In this document: in pieces, positions 7,642 through 15,580 of the stretch | Layout: every line of letters begins with the position of its first letter | How positions within the stretch are numbered: the stretch's first letter is position 1 | Assembly (NCBI GenBank): GCA_031414955.1 | Contig: JANOQV010000249.1 | Location: 1-26,955, forward strand | DNA: 26,955 nucleotides | Direction of reading: 5' to 3' | DNA from: Pedosphaera sp. | GTDB taxonomy: Bacteria; Verrucomicrobiota; Verrucomicrobiia; Limisphaerales; SIBH01 | The notes under the pieces: generated by a model | Databases searched by the model: none | Told to the model about the DNA's origin: nothing | Seen by the model: only the letters and a program-made list of their open reading frames with translations | Made by a program: the position numbers and the translations under genes

Positions 7642-8512
7642 CCCCGCCCGCTCCGCTGGCAAAGACGATTTCGTTCAAGCTGCCCCGCCGATAACCCGCG
7701 AGGTCCAGCGTGACGTGCGCGTAGCCGAGGCGTTTCAGCGATTCGGCCACTTGGGCGAAAGCGTCGTCAGCGAGCAGCTTCGGAATCTCCACCGGCCCCA
7801 GTTCAATCCGCGCCAGGTGCTGGACTCGGTTCAAAACCTCATGCTGCCTTCTGCCCTCTGACTTCTGACTTCCCACCTCATGGTGCCGCACCCGCACATC
7901 GTAAAAGCCCAGGTCGCGCAGCACATACTCCGCCTCCTCGATCATGCGCAGCTTCTCCGGCGTGACGCGTTCGCCGTAGGGAATGCGCGAACTGAGGCAG
8001 GCCATCTGCGGCTTGTCGGCGGTAGGCAGGCCCAGGCGCGCGGATAACTCGCGAATCTCCGCCTTGGTCAGGCCCACTTCCTTGAGCGGCGCGCGCACTT
8101 GAAATTCCTTCGCCGCCTGCGCGCCGGGCCGGTGGTCGCCGACATCGCTGGCATTTTCTCCGTAGGCAATGACGGCGAAGCCTTCGTCGCGCGCGATGGG
8201 TTCCAACTCGGTGAACAGCTCGTGCTTGCAGAAGTAGCAGCGGTTGTTCGGATTGGAGAGATACGATTCGTTGTCGAACTCCGCTGTCTTCACCACGCGG
8301 ACAGGGATGCCAAACTGCGCCGCGATGTCGAGCGCCTCCTGCAATTCCCGCCGGGGCAGGCTGGGTGAATCGGCGATGACGGCGAGCGACTTGTCGCCCA
8401 GCACCTCGCGGGCGACGCGGGCGAGGAACACGGAGTCCACGCCGCCCGAATAGGCCACCACACAGGAGCCGAACGAGCCGAGCAGGGCGCGCAGTTGTTC
8501 AAGTTTTTCCAC
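7538..8512 (-). CDS. larE: LarE-family ATP-dependent sulfur transferase (PP-loop superfamily)
   Basis: PP-loop SGGVDS, RCYFCK, D.GDHRPG, SPL-like APL, ACLSSRIPYG, RVRHH, ARIE and LDL.GYR.GSLN. Likely start GTG 8512; the ORF is open from 8548. Confidence 0.9.
   Translation of the reverse strand: MEKLEQLRALLGSFGSCVVAYSGGVDSVFLARVAREVLGDKSLAVIADSPSLPRRELQEALDIAAQFGIPVRVVKTAEFDNESYLSNPNNRCYFCKHELFTELEPIARDEGFAVIAYGENASDVGDHRPGAQAAKEFQVRAPLKEVGLTKAEIRELSARLGLPTADKPQMACLSSRIPYGERVTPEKLRMIEEAEYVLRDLGFYDVRVRHHEVGSQKSEGRRQHEVLNRVQHLARIELGPVEIPKLLADDAFAQVAESLKRLGYAHVTLDLAGYRRGSLNEIVFASGAGGEIPNSKTQIPNKLQAPNPKLQPELRAGVDRPIGV
7836..7882. repeat. 4x CTG(A/C)C(T/C)T heptamers flanked by an 8-bp direct repeat ACCTCATG, inside larE
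   Basis: ACCTCATG (7836-7843), CTGCCTT CTGCCCT CTGACTT CTGACTT CCC, ACCTCATG (7875-7882). The 39-bp offset preserves the reading frame. Confidence 0.85.
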
Positions 8513-8519
8513 GGCGCGC

Positions 8520-8548
8520 AACGTGCCACTGCGGAGGGATGAAGGCAA
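8520..8548 (-). promoter_or_regulatory. Putative sigma70-type promoter of larE (leaderless geometry)
   Basis: Minus strand reads TTGCCT-N17-CACGTT with TG extension; the -10 ends 7 nt before the GTG. Confidence 0.45.
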
Positions 8549-8566
8549 TGAGTCTGCGGAACTGGT

Positions 8567-8794
8567 TCAGTGCGAGTGCGGTCGGCCGGTGCCGCACATG
8601 CCGCAGGACTTGGGCACGCCTGAACAGGACGGAGCTTCCGCCGTCTCGCCGCCATTGGAGGCAAACACGGAGAGCTTCTTTTCCAGTTTGGTCGAGCCGC
8701 AATGCGGGCAGGGCGTTCCCTTCCATTCGGTCGAGCGCACCAGCACTTCGCTGTCGTGGTCGCAGGCGCAGCAGTGAAATTCGTAAATCGGCAT
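8567..8794 (-). CDS. FmdB-family zinc-ribbon protein
   Basis: MPIYEFHC..C...EVLV......CPHCGS..LEKKLS.F, plus a C-terminal Cys cluster (C.....CGMCG). Confidence 0.9.
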   Translation of the reverse strand: MPIYEFHCCACDHDSEVLVRSTEWKGTPCPHCGSTKLEKKLSVFASNGGETAEAPSCSGVPKSCGMCGTGRPHSH

Positions 8795-8800
8795 GGATGG

Positions 8801-8828
8801 AGCGTAGCAGAGGCGGGGCGTGGCTCAA
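8801..8828 (-). promoter_or_regulatory. Putative sigma70-type promoter of the zinc-ribbon gene (leaderless geometry)
   Basis: Minus strand reads TTGAGC-N16-TACGCT with TGc extension; the -10 ends 6 nt before the ATG. Confidence 0.5.
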
Positions 8829-8985
8829 GCGCGGTAGTGGCAAGCGGAGTGGGCCGTGAACACGGATGCAATCTGCGATCCCAGGGCAAATTCACAAATC
8901 CGGTCCACCCGATGATCCGGCAGTGGATGGAGACATCAAGCCCGTGAATTTTCGGTGACTTGCCAACCGGGAGAGGGCAGAGAAC

Positions 8986-9049
8986 GGCAGAAAGATTTGC
9001 GGGCAGAAAAATCACCGGTCCCATTTTTCTGCCCGCAAATCTTTCTGCC
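8986..9049. repeat. Perfect 27-bp inverted repeat with a 10-nt loop
   Basis: GGCAGAAAGATTTGCGGGCAGAAAAAT (8986-9012) / ATTTTTCTGCCCGCAAATCTTTCTGCC (9023-9049). Confidence 0.92.
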
Positions 9050-9253
9050 ATGATTCCTGCGGATTTGCGGTCGGGATTGCGGTCATCGCACCCCAAGAAC
9101 CATCTGGACTCACTTCGTTTGCCCATGTCCATCCGTCGTTGGCGCGCCTGGGTGAATACTCCCTGTCTGCGATCCGCAGTTCACTTCTTCGGGCTGGCAA
9201 AAGTTTTGTGGCGGGCTAGTCTGCATCCCATCAGCCCTGATGGCACGATGCCC

Positions 9254-12200
9254 ATGAAATCATTCCTGCGAGTCACCGCTGCGTTGCTCCTGTTGCTTTT
9301 GCTTTTCGGTCTGCCAGGCAAGACTGCGGCGCAAATCTCCGTCGGGCCGGCCGGAGTGGGGCCGCTCACGTTCGACACGCTGCCACCCGTGACCTCGTGG
9401 TCCACACGGAGTATCACCGGGGCGACTGCTGACATCACGACCTCGGCCCAGATGGACGAGCAGGTGCAAACAAATTCAGCCGCATTCATCACGAGCGTCT
9501 TGATCAGCGCCGCGGGCAATCCTCCTGCCGCCATTGCCAATGGAATGTGGGCTTCCGACGGACATTTCATTCTAACTCGCCCGGTCGGAAATCGGTTCAA
9601 CATGGTGATGGCCACATTGCAGAACAACGCTGGCACGAACCTGACCTCCATCATCATCTCCTATGGCCTTACGAACCTATTGCCGGTCGCGGAGCAAATC
9701 CCTGGCAACAGCCTTTACTTCAGCCTTACCGGAACGACGGGCACCTGGCAGAAGGTCACCGCTCTGTCTGGTCTCGCCTCCTCCGGGCCGGTAAGCACCA
9801 ATCTGTTCCTCGGCAACTGGCTTGTCGGGAGCAACCTGTACCTTTTGTGGACTGACGAGAACGGCAGCGGTTCTCCGGACACGGCGGTCATCATGGACAA
9901 CTTCGCTGTGAGTTTTCTTTTTCCGACCATCATGACCCAGCCCCAGTCGCAGACTGTCGCGCCGGGTGGTAGCGTTTCGTTCTCGGTTGATCCGCAGGGG
10001 ACGCCGCCGTTTTTTTACCAGTGGCGCAAGGATGGATTGAGCATCAATGGGGCAACGAATCAGACCTTTGTCATTGGCATGGCCCAAGCGGCCGACGCGG
10101 CTTGGTACGATGTCGTCGTAAGCAGTCCGTTTGGCATGACGATCAGTAGCAATGCGCAACTCACGGTGGCCTGCTTGACGCCCGTCACCATCACTACGCA
10201 GCCGCAGGATCAGGTTCGCCAATCCGGTAGCGTGCTCAACCTCTTTGTTGGGGTAGGCGGAACGCAGCCATTGCTCTACCAGTGGTATCGGGCCGGAGCG
10301 GTGCTTGCGGGCGCGACGAACCAGACCTATCTGAAGACAAATGCCTTGTCCTCCGACTCGGGCCTTTACTCGGTGGTGGTGGCAAACTGTCTGGGTTCTC
10401 AGACTAGCAGCAACGCGGTGGTGAGTGTGGCTGAATCCCCGTACACACTCATCGGCTTGACGAATCATTTCTGGCGCTACGAACAGTCCGGCGTGGATTT
10501 GGGCACGGCCTGGCGCGGGACGACCTACAATGACTCGGCCTGGCCGCAAGGACGGGGGCTACTGGCCCAGGAGGACAATTCCACGCTCACTCCATTGACC
10601 AACACCATCCTGAGCCTGACCGACCCCGGCGGCAATCGTATCCCCACGCACTACTTTCGGACGCAATTCTTTCTCACGAACGATCTGGCTTCGGTGATTC
10701 TGATCGCGAGCAACTATGTGGATGACGGGGCTGTGTTTTATCTGAACGGGGTCGAGGCCTTTCGCATCAACATGGCCGCCGGCCTGGTGAGCTACAATAC
10801 GCTGGCACCCGGCACGATCACGGAAGGGGTTTTCACCACCTCCAACCTGCCGTCTGCACTGCTCCTGCCCGGTGACAATGTTCTGGCCGTGGAATTGCAC
10901 GAAGTGAACCTGTCGAGCAGCGACACCGTGTTCGGCATGGAGGTTCGCGTTTTCTTCCAACCTCCGACCCTGTTACGCCTCACCAACGAACCGGCCGACG
11001 TGGTTATCTCGGAACAGCAACCGGCGGCTTTCACCGTCGGAGTGAGCGGCCTGACGGGGCATTTCCAATGGTTCAAGGACGGCGTGGCGATTCCGGGGGC
11101 GACTTCATTGACGCTCAGTTTCAGCAGTTCGCTGGTTGCGGACACCGGGGATTACATGCTGGTCGCGAGCAACGCCATCAATGTCGTGACCAGCCGTGTT
11201 GCTCACTTGGTGGTGGTGCCCGACGTGGGCACGCCGGCTTTGCTCTGCGCAGATTTGATCGATGCCACGCATGTGCTGGCCGCTTTCTCCGAGCCGTTGC
11301 TGGGCAGCGGAGTCACGAACCCGGCGCTGTATTCCGTGACCAATACTTTTGGTGTCGTCGCCACCATCTCCAATGCGGTGCTGACCAATGGAACCAACGT
11401 GCTGCTGACCACCAGCCCGCTGGCGGCGGATGCGAATTACATTCTCACGGCGGCGGGAATTCCCGATGGCTCGCTGCAACAAAACCTCCTGCCGCTCTCC
11501 GGGGTGCCGGTGGCGCGGCGGCTGACACTGCTGCCGTTCAGTGCGTTCTGGGAATACTTCGATCCTTATCCGCCGTTCGACAGCACCGATCCGGGGCCGG
11601 CCTGGAAGGAGCCGGGCTTCGACGCCTCGGCCTGGGGCTTCGACGCCGGCGCGTTCCGGTACAGCGGCTCCGGTGGACTAAGTTCTTCGGTGGCGGCGAT
11701 GACGCTGCTTGGGCCGACGCCGGCTTACACCGCTTACTTCCGCAGCGCCTTCGAGGTCGCGGTCAGCCCCGGCGGCGTGAGCCTGACCTTGCGGCGCGGA
11801 GCCAATGATGCCGGCGTGTTTTACCTGAATGGGGTGGAGTTGAATCGCTACAATCTGCCGATGGGAAATGTCACCCCGTCCACGCCCGCCAGTGCGCAAC
11901 TGGCCGCAGGCAACATGGATTTCCTTCTCAATGCGCCGCTGGTCGTCGCCCCGGAAGCACTGCACGCCGGAGCGAACTTGTTTGCGGTGGAGTTGCACCA
12001 GTTTCAGACCAACGATCTGGAGAAGTTCCTCGCGGTGGAACTCACGGCGCGTGCCGAGTCGCTGCTCACCGGGCCGTTGCTCTGGCTGGGCGGGCCGACG
12101 GATGTGGTGGTGGAGGAAAGTCGCACGGCCACGTTCCGCGTCTCGCAGGTCGCGGCCAGCCAGTTCCAATGGCAGGCAAATGGCACCAACCTGCCCGGCG

Positions 12201-13354
12201 CGACCAACGGGACGCTCACTCTCCTGGCTACGATGTCAGCTCAAGGAACCCAGGTGCGCTGTATTTGTTTCGGTCCGGGCGGCTCGATCACGACGAGCCA
12301 CGCCACGCTCTACGTTCTGCCTGATTTGACCAGGCCAGCGTTGCTCGCGGCGGTGATCAACGAAGACGGGACGATGACGCTCAGTTTCTCCAAGGCGCTG
12401 GACGCCGCGTCGGCGATGAGCCTCGGGAATTACCTCGTAACGAACGCCGCCGGCGGGTTCACGATCCTTACCAGTGCCACGCTCACCAACGGCACCAACG
12501 TGATTCTCACCCTGGCCGCGCCGCTTCAGAACGGTGCCACGGTGGTGGTGATCGGCTTAACGGATCAGGCGGCACAGCCGAATACCGTCCGCGCGGGAAC
12601 GGCAGCGCGGGTGGCTGCTCGTTACTTCATCCCCTTCGACGACGCGTGGAAATATCTGCTCATCAACACCAACGACACGGTGCAGAGCACCTTCATGGGC
12701 GTGGGCTACGACGATTCGACCTGGTTGGGGCCGAGCAACGGGTTGTTCTATGTCGAGACGGCGGCGCTGCCTGGCCCGAAGAACACCCCGCTCTTGCTGT
12801 TCGATGGGACGGGGGTGAATCGGATCAACACTTACTACTTTCGCCGAGGTCTAGTCATGCCGCTCATTGGTCCGATCGCGCTGATGCGGGTGCGATATAT
12901 CATTGATGACGGCATGGTCTTGCACCTCAACGGTCAGGAAATTCATCGCTACAACCTGCCCGCAGGGACACTGAGCGCGGCCAGCCAGGCCACACTCAGC
13001 ACCGAAGGCGCTTTGCTGGGTCCGTTTGCCATCAACAGTTCCAATCTGCTCGCCGGCACCAACGTGCTTGCGGTGGAGGTGCATCAAAACGGCGCGGCGA
13101 GTGCAGATGTCGTCATGGGTCTTGAACTGGACATCCAGATTCCCGGCGGCGTGCTGCCTTTCCCCAATCCGGATCCGCTGGCCCGCCTGTCCATGATGCC
13201 GGTGGGCCATCAGTATCTGCTCAGTTGGGGCGAGCCGGGGTTCATCCTGGAACGCGCGGACAATCTGAACGGTCCCTGGCTGCCGATGGCCATGACCAGC
13301 CCCGCCTTCGCCTCTTCGTCCAACGCCAGCGCCTTCTTCCGCCTGCGCCGTTGA
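9254..13354 (+). CDS. Large secreted multidomain protein: Ig-like domains, bacterial Ig-like domains and three jelly-roll/carbohydrate-binding-like modules
   Basis: Signal peptide MKSFLRVTAALLLLLLLFG...AAQ (alternative ATG at 9248). Repeated I.TQP....YQW.KDG..I.GAT Ig motifs, three W.Y..W..YDDS.W / YFR / DDG...LNG.E / G.N.LAVE.HQ modules, and a C-terminal ...AFFRLRR. Confidence 0.85.
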   Translation: MKSFLRVTAALLLLLLLFGLPGKTAAQISVGPAGVGPLTFDTLPPVTSWSTRSITGATADITTSAQMDEQVQTNSAAFITSVLISAAGNPPAAIANGMWASDGHFILTRPVGNRFNMVMATLQNNAGTNLTSIIISYGLTNLLPVAEQIPGNSLYFSLTGTTGTWQKVTALSGLASSGPVSTNLFLGNWLVGSNLYLLWTDENGSGSPDTAVIMDNFAVSFLFPTIMTQPQSQTVAPGGSVSFSVDPQGTPPFFYQWRKDGLSINGATNQTFVIGMAQAADAAWYDVVVSSPFGMTISSNAQLTVACLTPVTITTQPQDQVRQSGSVLNLFVGVGGTQPLLYQWYRAGAVLAGATNQTYLKTNALSSDSGLYSVVVANCLGSQTSSNAVVSVAESPYTLIGLTNHFWRYEQSGVDLGTAWRGTTYNDSAWPQGRGLLAQEDNSTLTPLTNTILSLTDPGGNRIPTHYFRTQFFLTNDLASVILIASNYVDDGAVFYLNGVEAFRINMAAGLVSYNTLAPGTITEGVFTTSNLPSALLLPGDNVLAVELHEVNLSSSDTVFGMEVRVFFQPPTLLRLTNEPADVVISEQQPAAFTVGVSGLTGHFQWFKDGVAIPGATSLTLSFSSSLVADTGDYMLVASNAINVVTSRVAHLVVVPDVGTPALLCADLIDATHVLAAFSEPLLGSGVTNPALYSVTNTFGVVATISNAVLTNGTNVLLTTSPLAADANYILTAAGIPDGSLQQNLLPLSGVPVARRLTLLPFSAFWEYFDPYPPFDSTDPGPAWKEPGFDASAWGFDAGAFRYSGSGGLSSSVAAMTLLGPTPAYTAYFRSAFEVAVSPGGVSLTLRRGANDAGVFYLNGVELNRYNLPMGNVTPSTPASAQLAAGNMDFLLNAPLVVAPEALHAGANLFAVELHQFQTNDLEKFLAVELTARAESLLTGPLLWLGGPTDVVVEESRTATFRVSQVAASQFQWQANGTNLPGATNGTLTLLATMSAQGTQVRCICFGPGGSITTSHATLYVLPDLTRPALLAAVINEDGTMTLSFSKALDAASAMSLGNYLVTNAAGGFTILTSATLTNGTNVILTLAAPLQNGATVVVIGLTDQAAQPNTVRAGTAARVAARYFIPFDDAWKYLLINTNDTVQSTFMGVGYDDSTWLGPSNGLFYVETAALPGPKNTPLLLFDGTGVNRINTYYFRRGLVMPLIGPIALMRVRYIIDDGMVLHLNGQEIHRYNLPAGTLSAASQATLSTEGALLGPFAINSSNLLAGTNVLAVEVHQNGAASADVVMGLELDIQIPGGVLPFPNPDPLARLSMMPVGHQYLLSWGEPGFILERADNLNGPWLPMAMTSPAFASSSNASAFFRLRR

Positions 13355-13377
13355 GCAGGAACGGAGGGGGTGCGTTG

Positions 13378-13478
13378 GGAGCGACGCTGTCCTCAGCGCG
13401 CCGGGTCACGATCGAAGATCACACCATATTTCGGTTCGCATACCTCGCTCCGGCGCGCTGAGGACAGCGTCGCCCTAC
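13378..13478. repeat. GGAG/GTAG-tagged REP-like doublet (REPIN-like), intergenic
   Basis: GCGACGCTGTCCTCAGCGCGCCGG (13381-13404) is perfectly inverted at 13450-13473 and ends CCTAC. May also act as a terminator or mRNA stabiliser. Confidence 0.88.
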
Positions 13479-13563
13479 CTGCGCTTGACGGGGCGTCACG
13501 TTCGACGCTGTTCGGTCAGTCCCATCAGGCCGCCCGCAACCCAGTTTCCCCGTGCGCGAGACT

Positions 13564-13591
13564 TTGACTCCCACGCTCGGTTTGCTACGGT
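13564..13591 (+). promoter_or_regulatory. Putative promoter of glnS
   Basis: TTGACT-N16-TACGGT with TGc extended -10, ending 13 nt before ATG 13605. Confidence 0.5.
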
Positions 13592-13604
13592 GCGCGGCTC
13601 ATTG

Positions 13605-15434
13605 ATGACAACACCGGGAACAAACACCGAAGCTGGCGCGGCTCCCGCGCCCGCGCCTTCCGACTTCATCCGCGACCTTGTGGCGGAACATTTGCGCGAC
13701 GGGAAATACCCGCAGGTCGTGACCCGCTTTCCGCCCGAGCCGAATGGTTATCTGCACATCGGCCACGCCAAGTCCATCTGCCTGAACTTCGGTATCGCCC
13801 GCGAATTCGGCGGCGTCTGCCACCTGCGCATGGACGACACGAATCCCACCAAGGAGGAAGTCGAGTACGTCGAATCTATCATCAAGGACGTGAACTGGCT
13901 CATCGCGGGCTGGGCCGATGACAAGCTGGGGATGAAGCTCAAGGGGCAGGTTCCCGAGGCCAGGACCGTGAACGGCAAGCCGGATTTTCACATCGCGCCC
14001 GTCCCTCACTCCGCACTCCGCGCTCCGCATTCCGCGCTCGTCGAGCCGTTCTACGCCAGCGACTACTTCGAGGCGATCCACGAGTTCGCGGTGAAGCTCA
14101 TCCGCCTGGGCCGGGCCTACGTGTGTGATTTGTCCGCCAAGGAGACGGATGAATTTCGTGGCTCGCCCGATCGGCCGGGCCAGGACAGCCCATTCCGCAA
14201 CCGCTCCATCGGGGAGAATCTCGATCTCTTCACCCGGATGAAGAACGGCGAGTTTCCGGATGGTGCCCGCTCGCTCCGGGCGAAGATCGACATGACCTCG
14301 CCGAACATCTGGCTGCGCGATCCGTTGCTCTACCGCATCCGCCACATCGAGCATCATCACACCGGTGCGAAGTGGTGCCTTTATCCGCTCTACGATTTCG
14401 CCCATTGCTTGAGCGATTACATTGAGGGCATCACCCACAGCATTTGCACGCTGGAGTTCGAGGTGCATCGCCCGCTTTACGACTGGATTCTCGCGAGCCT
14501 CGATCTGCCGCGCCCGCTTCCGCACCAGTACGAATTCGCCAAGCTCATCCCGAGCTACATGATTGTCTCCAAGCGCAAGCTCATCGCCCTCGTGAACGAG
14601 AAGGTCGTGACTGGCTGGGATGATCCGCGGCTTCCGACCATCTCCGGCCTGCGCCGGCGGGGCGTCACGGCGGCGGCGTTGCGCTCCTTCGCCTACCACA
14701 TCGGCGTGACGAAATATGTCAGCGTGACTGACATCGCGGTGCTCGATCACGCCATCCGGGAGGACTTGAACAAGCGCGCGCTGCGACGTCTGGCGGTGTT
14801 GCGGCCCATCAAAGTCGTCCTCACGAACTATCCCGAGGGGCAGTCGGAGGAACTTGACGCGGTGAACAATCCCGAGGACGAAACATCGGGCAAGCGGAAG
14901 ATTCCCTTCACGCGCGAGATCTACATCGAGCGCGACGACTTTGCCGAGGTGCCGCCGCCGAAGTTCTTCCGGCTCAAGCCCGGCGGGGAAGTCCGCCTGA
15001 AGTACGCCTTCATCATCAAGTGCGATGAGGTGGTCAAGGATGCGATGGGCAACCTGCTTGAGCTGCGTTGCACCGCCGACCTCGACAGCAAGACCGGCGG
15101 GGCCACATCCGCGCGCTTGGTCAAGGGCACGATCCACTGGGTGAGCGCGGCCCACGCCATCGACGCGGAGGTGCGGCTCTACGATCGCCTCTTCACCGAA
15201 GCCGAGCCGGAGAAGGACGGGCGAGATTTCAAATCCGTGCTCAACCCGCACAGCCTGGAGGTGGTGCTGGCGAAATGTGAACCGAGCCTCAAGGATGCGA
15301 ACGCTACGGAGCGCTATCAGTTCGAGCGCCTCGCTTACTTTGCCCTCGACCAGGACAGCGCTCCCGGTCGGCCGGTGTTCAACCGCACCATCACTTTGAA
15401 AGACACTTGGGCGAAGGAGACGAAGAAGGGCTGA
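13605..15434 (+). CDS. glnS: Glutamine--tRNA ligase
   Basis: TRFPPEPNGYLHIGHAK (HIGH), RMDDTNP, YP.YDFAH, THSICTLEF, VSKRKL (KMSKS-equivalent), GWDDPR.PT, KGTIHWVS and QFER..YF. Confidence 0.97.
   Translation: MTTPGTNTEAGAAPAPAPSDFIRDLVAEHLRDGKYPQVVTRFPPEPNGYLHIGHAKSICLNFGIAREFGGVCHLRMDDTNPTKEEVEYVESIIKDVNWLIAGWADDKLGMKLKGQVPEARTVNGKPDFHIAPVPHSALRAPHSALVEPFYASDYFEAIHEFAVKLIRLGRAYVCDLSAKETDEFRGSPDRPGQDSPFRNRSIGENLDLFTRMKNGEFPDGARSLRAKIDMTSPNIWLRDPLLYRIRHIEHHHTGAKWCLYPLYDFAHCLSDYIEGITHSICTLEFEVHRPLYDWILASLDLPRPLPHQYEFAKLIPSYMIVSKRKLIALVNEKVVTGWDDPRLPTISGLRRRGVTAAALRSFAYHIGVTKYVSVTDIAVLDHAIREDLNKRALRRLAVLRPIKVVLTNYPEGQSEELDAVNNPEDETSGKRKIPFTREIYIERDDFAEVPPPKFFRLKPGGEVRLKYAFIIKCDEVVKDAMGNLLELRCTADLDSKTGGATSARLVKGTIHWVSAAHAIDAEVRLYDRLFTEAEPEKDGRDFKSVLNPHSLEVVLAKCEPSLKDANATERYQFERLAYFALDQDSAPGRPVFNRTITLKDTWAKETKKG
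14003..14039. repeat. TCCGC(A/G)(C/T) heptamer tandem inside glnS
   Basis: TCCCTCAC-like unit followed by TCCGCAC TCCGCGC TCCGCAT TCCGCGC, encoding PHSALRAPHSAL. Same family as 5491-5518. Confidence 0.85.
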
Positions 15435-15580
15435 GTTGGTCCAAAGTGATTGGCTTCTCAAGTATTCGGCCAATCAACCCGCGACTCAGAAGTCACCGGC
15501 GACGCCCTGCCTGTAGTTTCCTTGCGGGGGCGATGGCCCCGTCTGGCGCACGCTCGACTCCCATTCGAGAAACGAGCGCG

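Noticed and set aside
7417..7713. Several 70-80-aa ORFs with KFQIPKPK / LEFGVW repeats
   Set aside because: They are translations of the inverted heptamer element, with no independent coding evidence.
8960..9247. N-terminal extensions given by the ORF track for the large Ig protein (and likewise for gspK, gspI, glnS, the aminopeptidase, the 332-aa protein, the 541-aa protein and the phosphatase)
   Set aside because: The extensions run through repeats, promoters or neighbouring genes. Signal peptides and stop/start overlaps indicate later starts.
13599..15473. 624-aa minus-strand ORF
   Set aside because: It is an antisense shadow of glnS.
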